A program made the position numbers and the translations under genes. Source: Microthyrium microscopicum (taxonomy: Eukaryota). From it: a stretch of 64,000 nucleotides of DNA. Location of the stretch: assembly GCA_010405405.1 (NCBI GenBank), contig MU004238.1:197530-261529 (forward strand). Direction: 5' to 3'. Positions within the stretch are counted from its first letter, which is position 1, and every line of letters begins with the position of its first letter. The notes under the pieces are model-generated. The model was not told where the DNA came from and searched no databases. It saw only the letters and a program-made list of their open reading frames with translations. Below are positions 24,776 through 35,960 of the stretch, piece by piece.

Positions 24776-25114
24776 TTAGTTGCGGCGTCTACCAAGCAGG
24801 TTTCGGCGTCTACGAGCAGGCAAGGCAGGAATAGGATTGGGATCAATCTCACTGTAAGGAGGAGGCTGATTATATTCTTTCCACTTTCGTACTCGTTCCT
24901 GGCGAGCAGCGCGCAGTTCATTCCATGGTAGGTACCAATCGATCAGTTCGGCACCGGGATACCAGTACTTACGCTCCCAATCGATCATGTGCTGGGCCAC
25001 ATGGTCGAAGCCCCAGTATCTCGCCATGCGGAGACGGGGCTGCTTTGTCTTTTTGGCAATGTACTTGCCAGTTCTGGCGACTCCTTCACCGACGTAATAA
25101 AGCAAATGAGGCAT
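24776..25114 (-). CDS. Small hypothetical basic protein (112 aa) with a PPPY motif
   Basis: ATG preceded by a CAACAACCGCA leader. Contains QPPPYSEIDPNP and an Arg-rich C-terminus. Confidence 0.5.
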   Translation of the reverse strand: MPHLLYYVGEGVARTGKYIAKKTKQPRLRMARYWGFDHVAQHMIDWERKYWYPGAELIDWYLPWNELRAARQERVRKWKEYNQPPPYSEIDPNPIPALPARRRRNLLGRRRN

Positions 25115-26976
25115 TGCGGTTGTTGCTTGTTTCGAGGGCTGGGTTTGGTGTAGCTTTCGAACTGTGAGTGTGGCTGTTTCGCTTTCTTTGATATTGGAAG
25201 TAGGAAAGCGAAGTTGATGTCTATGATGATAAGAAGACGTTATGAATATTATCTTAGTGCTGTATATGTATATTCAGCGGATTGAGCTGGTATATGCCAG
25301 TTCAGAGCATAAAGCGTATGTTCGAATATAATGTTGGTATCATTGCACTGTTCTGGAAGGATGTCAATATTATAATATTGTATATAATCACATCAACTAT
25401 GGGTTTGTTGACATCCATTATACTCTACTCAAGTATCACTAGGAGCTGAAAACAAAGAGCTGCCCCAAGAGATATTGTGCTGGCGTTTGTTATCTGGGTC
25501 TCAGACCTATCAAATTAGCTCATTGACGAAGACTAGTATTCCAGTAGTAGCTAATGCTCGTATTACCCGGTAGAATAAATATGAAGAATTCAGTGGTTGA
25601 TCTTCCATATAATGGGTGCTTGAGGACGTCCAAAAGAGACTATCTCATATCTGGTACGAATCCTTGGAGTTATAGGGCTCCGTGCTGAGTCTGTGTTGTT
25701 ATCGTAGCTCTGCGGTGATTCGAAATGTGGGTGTCGACCAATGTGGACTATCGTTTTGGCAGTCCTCATGTGGCTATTTTGATATTGCGATTAATTGTAG
25801 CCAGTGAATATAACTAGAAGATCTCGGGGACTCGGCATCAGAGCAAACAAGGACTTTCGTACAATCTAGCTCTTCGATTTTGAGATCTAGGTCAGTGCTT
25901 ACTCACTTGAATATATACAATCGCTTACGTTTGCTGATTCGGTGATTCCCGTTCTTGACGTTCCATGGGTAATGTGAAGATAGGCATTTTGTAAGAGATA
26001 AATGCTTACACTATTATCATGCTATAATATAGTTCTTGCATTCCGCTATCTCTCATCGTAACTAGAGGAGAATACATGGATCAAAATTTCCTGACAGATA
26101 ATCTATCAGTAGTGAAATCTGTAGATACAATTTTTGATGCGCGAAAGGGACCACTGTGGTAGTGATGTGAGAATTTGTAGGGTTCTGAGCTGGGGACTCA
26201 GAGACGATCGAGAAATTCTGTTCACAAAGTCCTAGCAAAAGTGATACTCTATAGAGATCTTCATATTGTCCGGGGTGATAAGTGGACGTCCAAATTCCTA
26301 GGTGAGATCGATTTTCAGATCCAGATCAAATCCTTCAAACCAACGAAGTGGAAACACAACTCCAAGGATACAATCTTAAGACCTCTCGCTTTCCAAACCA
26401 AGCTTTCACCATAAGACGGTCAGCAGCTTTTTGAGAACGTATGGATGCCGTGGACTGCTAGTACTGACGTGGCAATGTACCAAAGAAGGATGCATATCAA
26501 TCGGGCCGACTCACCGAACTCTGGCAAACTGGACACCAATCGGGGAATTTTTGAGAACTCCCTTACTGACTTCGAGAAATTTGTTGATTTCTGCAACCAA
26601 TAAGCCCTTACTATCTCCACAATCCTAGCTCGTATTGTACGATCCACGGCTGTTGTGTAGAGCAGATTGGCCTTTTTACACCTCTAGAAAGCTCGTAAGA
26701 TTGAAATAAGCTTTGAAATATGTCTATCAGAAGCTGATTAGCAGGAAATCATGCTGTGCAATAGAGTATCTCACCATTGTTGGTGTGATATATATATGTT
26801 AGAAGTCGTCTGTTGAACCTTCAATGGATGAGAAAACTCCAGCTAGTGAGAGTCAGATGTGAAGTTTCCTCCATTCAAGTTCCATTCAAGTGGGATGTAA
26901 TTGGCCTGATATACAGGCCTTCTCTCTAGCATGATCGACACCTGGTTACTAACTTTTCGCCAACCGACATGACAAG

Positions 26977-28843
26977 ATGACAAGCCAGATAACTTCCGAT
27001 AGCCATGAAGCCCCTGGTACCATTCTTCTGTATGATAAGAGAAATGGGACGGATCAAGTGATTCTGGTTCCTCAGCCATCATCTAACGATTCCAATGATC
27101 CCTTACGATGGTCCAAAAGGAAGAAATGGACAGTGCTGTTGATTGGAGCGTTCTACGCTTTCATGGGCTCCGTGACTGGACCGATTATGGCTGCTGGTGA
27201 GGTTCTGCGATCAGGATGACAATGGGTTTCTTCGCAAACGCTTACTTTGCTGTCAGGTATGATTCCATTGACGAAATCGTTGAATACTTCGCTTCAACGT
27301 ATCACATACGCAAATGGCGCAACATTGATCTGTCAAGGCGTAGCAACCACTCTCTGGATGTGAGTAGTCCCTGCGCTGAAAGCGTACACATAATAATGTT
27401 TCCGTAGGCCTTTTGCGATCAAGTACGGCAGACGACCTGTATATCTGCTGTCTAATCTCTTAATGGGAATTGCCTGTTTCTGGTGTGGCCTCGGAGATAC
27501 CAACTATGGTGTTCTCGTAAGCGGAAGAGCATTCCTAGGCATCTTCGAAGCACCTATCGAATCCATTGTGCCTTCAACCATCACTGATATATTCTTCCTG
27601 CACGAAAGAGGAGAGAAGGTTTCAGTGTACGGCATGGCTGTACTTGGCGGCAACGAATTGGGTCCTATGTTCTCGGCGTTTATCATTCAAAATCTGAACA
27701 TGAGGTGGGCATTCTTTATTGTGGGAATCATAATTCTGGCTGCGGAAATTCCGATGTTCTTCTTCATGCCTGAGACGAAGTATGGAGGAGTCCGGCCTGA
27801 AGTTCCTGGTGTAGCTGGAAGAGATGGGAAGGTCGTTGAAATAGAGCTATCAGATGTCAGCAAAAACAGAGAAAAGATGGTAATTCCGGTGGTTAAAGAA
27901 GGCGAAAAGGAAAGCATGTCAGCGGACAGCATACCCAAAAAAGGCTATACAGCAAGTCTCCAAGTCTTCGGTCATGGCGATCCATCAGTGAGTCTGGGCA
28001 AGGCGTTTCTACGGCCTTTGATCCTTCTGACATATCCAACTATTCTCTGGTCATGTTTGATCTATGGTTTGTCGCTGAGCTGGAACGTTATTATCGGAGC
28101 CTCCTTAGCACAGATCTTCTCACCGCCGTAAGCATATTACGCTCTGTTGCTGATGTTGAATGCTGACACGACGCAGACCGTACGAATTCGACTCGCAAGC
28201 TCAAGGCTTGATATTCTTGTCTCCCTTCATCGGGTATAAATCTCCGTCCAGCTTTGTATAGTTTCCTTAACAATGAATTGCAGGTCAATCATCGGAACAT
28301 ACCTCTGCGGCCCATTATCAGACGCTATAGCCAACTTCTACACCAAGCGAAATCGCGGAATCAGAGAACCTGAAATGCGACTGCCAGCCTGTGCAATAGC
28401 AGCGTTATTCACTGCCGTCGGCGCGATAATCGTTGCAGTGACATTGAACAACAGATCGCACTGGTCTGGGCCAGCGATAGGTCTAGGAGTGCTGTCAATC
28501 GGCGCGCAAATGGGAGCTACGCTTGCGATGGCGTATAGTCTTGACAGCCACAAAGAGGTAGGCGATATTCCTGATATTTGGAAATCTCCGAGAAGCTAAC
28601 AATCTATAGCTTTCAGCCGAATTGATGGTCGCTGTCGCTTCTATGAAATCAGCAATTGCTTGGATTTGGACATGGGTTATCAACGACTTCATCGCTGCTC
28701 GGGGTCCACTTACGGTCTTCCTGACTATTATGGCTATCAATATCGCGGTGTATGCCACAACGCTGTTGCTGTATGTTAAGGGGAAGGCTGCTCGGATATG
28801 GATCCACGAAAAGAACTTGCTTGGGTTCATGGGATTAAATTAG
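26977..28843 (+). CDS. MFS transporter, multi-exon
   Basis: LVPQPSSNDSNDPLRWS, PFAIKYGRRPVY, ITDIFFLHERG and GIREPEMRLP motifs, with several canonical introns. Confidence 0.9.
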
Positions 28844-29121
28844 CAAAATTGCGACTCAAAAGTTGTTTAGAGTTCTGATAAATGCAGTACCATAATGACC
28901 CTTCTGATCGTCCCTAGAGCTTTTGATCAGAAAAAAATATCAAAAACCAAAGGAAGCACTTACCAGCCCGCCCCGAGTTCTCAGTTCAATGTGATTTCGC
29001 TGCGAATACACGACGCAATTGCATAGCTTGACAAAGTCCAGGTTTCGAAAGCAGATGGCATAGTCTACACATTTCTAGCTTGCTCGCTCCTATGAAGGAC
29101 CCATCCCTAATCATACATCCA

Positions 29122-29966
29122 TTACCGACCCCTACTAACCCAACCTTCCAAGTTTTCTCTTGCACCTCCAATTTTATCCTCTAGCATAACCTTGCCCATC
29201 TTGCTATGCTCAATGCCCGTTCTTACAAAGTTCTCCACCCGCTCCTGTGTCTTCTTATGTCCCTCCGCAAGCACCGGCCACTTTTGTTCCCAGCGCCAGA
29301 CTAGTCCGCCGACGTTCTTCATTGTCGCTGGCAAGAGATAATTCGCTGCCGCAAGTCCTACAGCCAGTGGTGCCGTCGCGCGCAGGAGAATATTTCGGTT
29401 GCGTACTAGCACTGAAGCGCCCATACCAGACACGAGGACGTAGATCGCATTAGGCATAATGACCTCGCCGGACTGGCGTGAAGGTGCTAGCCCAGCCAGG
29501 GTGGATGTGAAGTTATGCTCCAGATGGAAAGCGCGGGATGCGAGGGCGTTGGCGCGGTCTTCTAAACTCGCGGCATGTTGATGGATGAAGAGACGAGAGC
29601 GGGCGATTTGTACGGTCAAGCGGTCGGTGGGCGTGGGGAGCTGTGAGGGTTTGGGTCGTGTTGGGATGGACTCGTGGTTGTCGCTTTCGGCTGGATCATC
29701 GTAGATTGGCTTGCGGGACTGTAATCTGAGTGTCAGTAGTGCTTTCTTGAAAAGTTTCTCGAGGATTACGGACTGTTTTGAGAACATCTTCGTCCCATCT
29801 TGGGGCTGTATCGGCGTGGAGAGCGGATCGGGGAGTGAGAACAATAGCTACTGCCATGCCGGCGATGGTAGGCGCTACGGCGCGCTGAGGGGGAATTCAG
29901 TAAGTCAATTGGGAGGTGTATGAGCTGGTATGTACTTACGTGCCGTAATATTGACCTTGAAGCCAT
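29122..29966 (-). CDS. MICOS complex subunit Mic26/Mic27 (apolipoprotein O family), 3 exons
   Basis: Spliced N-terminus MASRSILRH|RAVAP...LHAD, then RKPIYDD, PTPTDRL..QIARSRLF and GMGASVLVRNRNILLRATAPL. Confidence 0.85.
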
Positions 29967-30275
29967 GTTTATGGCTTTGTTTGAGCTACAAAACAGACGT
30001 CTTTTGGTGAGGAATGGCAGCGAAGTCATATCAAGATTCAAATCTGATGTCTTGGCACGCTTAAATAGAGAGCCCCCTGGTTCATCCATCGTTACCCCTT
30101 ATGCCTTTTCGATGTCAAATTTACTCCAAATCTCCAACTTCTGGATTCAAGCTACTTTACAATTCACATGTCATGGAAAGTATCAAGAACACGAAAATTG
30201 GTTGAAATCGTCAATCTCATTATTGTCATTACATTACGGGGTATAACTATGTCATTGAAATTTCCTCCAATCCTT

Positions 30276-31117
30276 TCATATCGCTTTATGGATAGGATCC
30301 CATGTAGGTCTCGTGCGTGGGTCTATGGTCCACGTCGGTGTGGCTTGAGACGCTGCTGATGGTGATTCTTCTTGCAGTGGGAGCCAAGACGTCTCGTCTG
30401 TTGACATAGAGTTGAGCTTTGGTAGCTCCGCCAGACTGTACGCTGTTCCGTTGACGTTGGCGCATTGTGGAGTATCATCCATTGCAGGAGAATCGGGCGC
30501 AACAACTAACAGCGAGAATCGTTGTCCACCCGGCCGGTTTACCCAGATGTAGCCTCCTTTTGTTTTGCCTGCTTTCACGCAGGTTGAATCTTGTGCTATC
30601 ATGCTGGATGTTATGCCAGCTAAAGCATAAGACACCAGTGTTGTGTTATGTGTCTTCAACGTCGTTAGCAATTAGGATATTGCTAGGAAGTTGGATTGAT
30701 TGCTTACCTTATTGCAGAGCTTGATGGCCGATTTTGAAGATACAGTGACTGCACAACAGCCACAGTTGTCAAGCTGAATTTTGGAAGTTAGACTTCGCTG
30801 TGACCACATCTGGCCCATTGCTAGTATCTCTTTTGTGCTTGCTGCTTTCTCATGGTCCACAAGATCATCACATAGCGGCTGGTAGAAAAGTTAGTAATGA
30901 TATCTTCCCAACCCGGTTGATATTTGGCACTTACAGCCATCATGACATCTCTAGTCACTTCGCATTGTTGAAAGTCTCGTAACCTTGAAGGAAGCATCTC
31001 TCTTGGTGACTATATCATGTTAGCCAAGAGTTCTCTCATCAATGTACACTGTATACATACTGAGTCGGCTGGCAGGGCCGTCACAAGCGCTGGAAGAATA
31101 ATATAGACTGGCTTCAT
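30276..31117 (-). CDS. Small secreted cysteine-rich protein (~226 aa, 8 Cys), 4 exons; effector-like
   Basis: Signal peptide MKPVYIILPALVTALP. Three phase-0 introns (GTATGT, GTAAGT, GTAAGC with CTAAC branch sites) join the ORF fragments without stops. Confidence 0.7.
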
Positions 31118-32442
31118 GTTGTATGATTTCGATGTAATTGAGATCTGATTGCTGAATAGATTCGAAAGTGTGCGATGCTGCTTCCTTATAAACTTCAACG
31201 GATTTGCAAAAGCACGCCGCTACCAAGTCGCAACTTTGAGGCTGTCAGTAGGCAAGATTTAAACCTTATCAAGATCACTTGATTACCATTGACCACTTGC
31301 CCGCGAGATCAACAACTAGGGCCCCAACACTTAATATAAACTTTCAAGATCCTCCCAGGCCAGAAAAGACATTGACTAATAGATGGAACACATGCAGAAT
31401 GTCGATTATCTTTGATTTGATGGGATTGCTGGATACCATGAAATGACTACAGGTGACCAGCAAGAAGGAACAACGGGCTAAGTTTATCTACCTTCTTTAT
31501 TGTTCGTGCCTGGCGGACCATTCTTGCTCAGATCTGGGGCCAAACCTCGTCAATATCCCATGTTCGAAACATCAGAGCTTCGTAGGGCAATCAACGGGTG
31601 ACGCGCACGAGCGTCGCTTGGGTGGAAGGCCTGCTAACAGGTGGAATAGTTGGCGGATCACACGCGCGAGCCTTCGTCATTTGCGGTTTTACTTAGGACA
31701 ATTCGATTATTTGTTGTGATTAAAATGGTTCTAGACGCCATTGAATACGTGACGGCTAGACCACTGAGGTCTTGAACAGAGTAATTACGCTCTAGATGCT
31801 CGGATATTGTAGAGTACCGCTCTGCTACCAAGTTGTGGACAGAACTCTGAAATGTGTGGGGTTCGTAGAGGTGTGTTCGTGACAAGGCTTAGAGCAAGTA
31901 TTTAATTAAAATCCGCTCGTCAATGGAGATCAGCCTTGTGTAAAAGAGAAGTATTCAGCCATGTGGTGCTTCCAGATTAGGGAGGAGGTTAAGATGAGAG
32001 ATGAGATCTCATGGGATGATGGGATGAGATGATCTCGCTTCCGCCCGCATTCGCTTGGAAGATCTTGCACGTGTATTTTCATTATTGACTGGATGCCAGG
32101 TCTAGATAATGGACTCCAGGATTGGTAACATTAATATCAAAATGGTTGATGGCTGGGCTGTTTGCTGGAGGTTCAATTGTACTGGAGTTGTCGTGGTCTT
32201 GGGATCCACGCAGTAAAGTGCCATGCCCGTCGGCCCGCGAATTAAATCAAACTCCACGAACAGCTCCCCCGGTGCCACATCATTCTCTTCTACCATCCAC
32301 GCCATTACTTTTCTCTCGTGGGAAGATCCTGATCCTCAATGAGTGAACATCAATTTATATCCGCAAATCCATCCAACTGCGCCGCCCTATTTCGGAAGCT
32401 AGCACCGCATACCCGCGCATACGATAGCGAGCCCATTACCTC

Positions 32443-34972
32443 ATGGCCCAAGTCACAGACGCTCGTGTTGGCGACTATCTCGATGACAAGCTTCAAAGTC
32501 TAGCAGACCTTGAATCCTTGGATAGCCTGCTGCTCAGTGTTCGCAATCAGCAGAGTCTGCTCAAGTCGCAGCTAGAAAGCGCGCAGAAAGAGCTCAAAGA
32601 AGCAAAACAGGAATCTGTTCGCCATGGCACTACGCTCAATGCGAGCGTTAAAGCTTTCAACAAGGAGCAGGCCGACATCGATCGCCAGTTGATGCTCATC
32701 ACACAATCTGATACTAGCGATGAGGCGGCTCAAAAGTTCGAGGCGAGCATGGACAAGCTCAATAAGCTAAGTGTCGCCAAAGAATATGTTCGTTTGCTGC
32801 AAGATGTTGACACTTTGAGGTAAGAAGTTGTGACTTTCATTCTCTAGCTCTTCGCTGACATTCGTTAGTGATGACTGCATTTCACACCTTGGATCATCTG
32901 ATGCAGATGCTTTAGAGTCCTATTCTCGTATCCGTAAACTGCTGTCTGAACTAGAAGACCTACAAGTCACTGCTGAAGGCGCCGCGCCTCATCTCGTCGA
33001 CCATACCAAGAGCAAGACCTTATACCTAAGAGAACAGCTCGAAAAAGCGTATTCACGGCAGTTTGAAGATATACTGAAGGAGATATCATGGCCGAATCCT
33101 GATGGTGCTGTTTCTGAATCACAGCACGAACGGTTTGCAAGAGCAGTTTCCAAGCTCCTCGAGCTGCAATTACCAGAACTTGAAAAACAGGAGAAGCTGA
33201 ACGATGGAAGTCGAGCAGTGGAACCGCTGGTACTGTTTCCATTCAAAGTTATGATCAAACCGCTAGAATTGGGCTTTCGATATCACTTTGAAGGGGATCG
33301 GCCTACAAATCGTCTGGAACGTCCTGAATTCTTCCTTTCGCATGTTACGGAAAGAATACTTGCCAAATACATTGACTTTGTGGAGCACTATGTTCAGCCT
33401 GTTCTCCTTGAAAAGTTTCGAGGAACTGATCTTGCTCTGAACTATGCATACATAGACTCTTGCTCTGCCTTTATCACGTCGCTCCTTCCAATGGTTCGCA
33501 ACAAGATCTACTCGGTACTTCCACAAGTACTGAAGCAGCCACCTCTTCTGTCCCATCTTATCCACGAAGTTACCAAGTTCGATACCGAACTTCGTAACGA
33601 GTGGCAATATGACGGAGGATCACGCGGTCTTGTCTGGCATGGCTTGGCTTACGAAGTATTGTCCAAGGACGACGTTTTTGTTCAGTGGCTCAAAGTCGAG
33701 AAAGACTTTGCCCTCTCCCGCTATCAGGAAATCGTCGATGCATCTGATAGTTTTGATCTAGACTTCGATAGTTTGGGTGCTGGCAAGACCAAGCCGTCAA
33801 AAGCTGCTATCAGAGTCAATGATCTTCTGGAAGCTACAACGGACAACTACAAAGAGCTTGTGTCTTTTTCACAGAAACTACGGTTTTTGATTGATATACA
33901 AATAGCCATATTCGACCTCTTCCATGAGAGGCTTACTGAAGCACTGGGTGCCTATATTTCTCGTACATCTACCATCGGAAGAACTAGTCGAGAGGAACAA
34001 GCCAAACTACAAGGCATCGAGGGACTGGAACGCCTTGGACGCGTGTTCGGTAGCGCAGACTATCTGGAGCGAGCAATGAGAGATTGGAATGATGATGTGG
34101 TAAGTCAGATACTCGATATTCCCATGCCCGCGTACTAATTCACTTAGTTTTTCCTAGAAATGTGGTCCGAACTTCAGCATCGTGCCTCACTAGGAGCCTC
34201 AAACGCTATAGTCGCCGGCAACCTGACGATAGCGCAAGTAGCAGCCCGCACATCCAGCACAATCAACAACGACGAAGGCGACCAAGCTCAGTATGAAGAG
34301 GGCGCTTTATTTGATGAGACTGCTGCAGCATACATGCGTCTTCGCACCAGAACGGAGAGCATTATGACTGACCTCCTCACAAATAATGTGCGCCAGGCTC
34401 TTGGCCCATATTCTCGAATCAACCCTTGGGCTTCATTGTCGCCGGCTTCTACGCAAGCAAACGATGGCCCATTACCTCCTAATGCGGAGCTTGATGGTTT
34501 AATGCAAAGTCTGCGAAGTCTGCTATCTTATCTTGTGAGGGCAGTTGGTACTGCTCCACTAAGGAGACTTGCAAAACAAACATTACAAGCTATGGAGACT
34601 GTGATTTTTGATCAGGTTATTCTTGGTCATTCATTCTCCGGCGCTGGTACTGCGCAGTTGGCTGCAGACAATTCCGCGCTGCTGGGCCTGGTGTCGAAAT
34701 ATCTTGATGCTGGGACTATTGATATTGGGCTGGGTAGACTGAGCCAGGCAATAAGATTGCTTAGTATTCCAATCAAGGCAAGCAAAGCCCCAGAAGAGTC
34801 GGAAGATGATGCGGAGAACCCTGCCGACGTTGGACTCTTCGAGGTTGGAAAACGACTGTTCGAAGGTAGTGGAGAAGATGCCAAAAAGCTACTGGACGAT
34901 CTTGGTTTGGACCGCTTGAGCGTCGGAGAAGCAAGAAAGATCCTCGCCAAGCGCGTTGAACTGGGTAGTTAG
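32443..34972 (+). CDS. TIP20: Dsl1/NRZ tethering complex subunit Tip20/RINT-1, 3 exons
   Basis: DYLDDKLQS, FRYHFEGDRPTNRLERPEFF, QKLRFLIDIQI and WNDDV|FFLEMW motifs. Introns ~32820-32868 and ~34100-34148. Confidence 0.92.
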
Positions 34973-34988
34973 AGGTCAATAGAAAGGC

Positions 34989-35696
34989 TCATCCGCCCTG
35001 CGTACTAGACCCAGCGTTCGCCATCCTCTTCAAATTCTCTTTCCTACCCGCCTTCCAAGTTTGATGCAATTCTTCAATCTTTCCACCCGCCACCGTGACA
35101 GACTTTGGTTCCAGCAGAATGACCCCACGAGCAACTGACACATCTCGCAGAACCAATTTACATCCTATGTGGATATTCATATTGATTCCCGTTACAGTAG
35201 ATAGTTCAAAGCCATAGACCCTCAACCCCTTTGCATCCTGCAAAAGCAGTTTATGTGGTCCAGATGACGGACTGGAAGTCTGCGTAGCCGATTGATCACG
35301 CTCAGCATCCTCCTCATCCCTCACCACCCTAACAATCTCCTGCCCCCTCGTCGTCTCTCCTCTCTCATCCGCTTCAATGGCTTCCAACTGGCTCCATCTA
35401 CTCTTGCCAATATCTTCAATGTCCATGACCTGTACTGGTATCGGTCCTTTCAAGAGACGTGATGTAATGTTGCCATTGAGAATATCCTGTGGGAAGATTG
35501 AAGATGGTGTAATCTGGATGGTGGATTGGAGGGAGGTGTTTAGGAGACGGATGTAGATTAGTTGTTTAGCGCCTTGGAGATGGATGTCGGGTTTGAGGGT
35601 TGCGAGGTTGGTGGTTAACCAGGTTGTGTTTGGGGTGAGGGATTTTGTGGCGAGGAAGGTTGTTATTTCTTGAATCAGTCTGGCATTGTTCGCCAT
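34989..35696 (-). CDS. RMI1: RecQ-mediated genome instability protein 1 (N-terminal OB-fold)
   Basis: GPIPVQVMDIEDIGKSRWSQLE, GPHKLLLQDAKG..VYGFE and IGCKLVL..V.VARGVILLEP..V...GGKI. Confidence 0.88.
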   Translation of the reverse strand: MANNARLIQEITTFLATKSLTPNTTWLTTNLATLKPDIHLQGAKQLIYIRLLNTSLQSTIQITPSSIFPQDILNGNITSRLLKGPIPVQVMDIEDIGKSRWSQLEAIEADERGETTRGQEIVRVVRDEEDAERDQSATQTSSPSSGPHKLLLQDAKGLRVYGFELSTVTGINMNIHIGCKLVLRDVSVARGVILLEPKSVTVAGGKIEELHQTWKAGRKENLKRMANAGSSTQGG

Positions 35697-35799
35697 TGGT
35701 AGCGCCGCTCTTTAGAGTTTTGGACTTGAATGTAATGTTGTCTAAACTGTAGCTTGGTTGTTGAAAGAACATTTGAAGATTATGAGTTAGGTCACGGGA

Positions 35800-35834
35800 A
35801 CGCGTGTTGACGCGTTGAGGTTGACGACGCGAAA
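35800..35834. promoter_or_regulatory. MCB-box cluster (ACGCGT x2 plus ACGCGAAA) in the RMI1/ligase divergent promoter
   Basis: ACGCGT at 35800-35805 and 35810-35815, and ACGCGAAA at 35827-35834, within a 264-bp intergenic gap. Confidence 0.7.
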
Positions 35835-35960
35835 CGCCACTTTAGCTCGATGACGATGAATTGACACCCCATAATTAAGCAACCGTGAGCATCAACAACT
35901 AATTTGATATGAGAGAGGATTGTCGTTGCTCATTTCTGTCATTAGCTTATACGCAGTACC

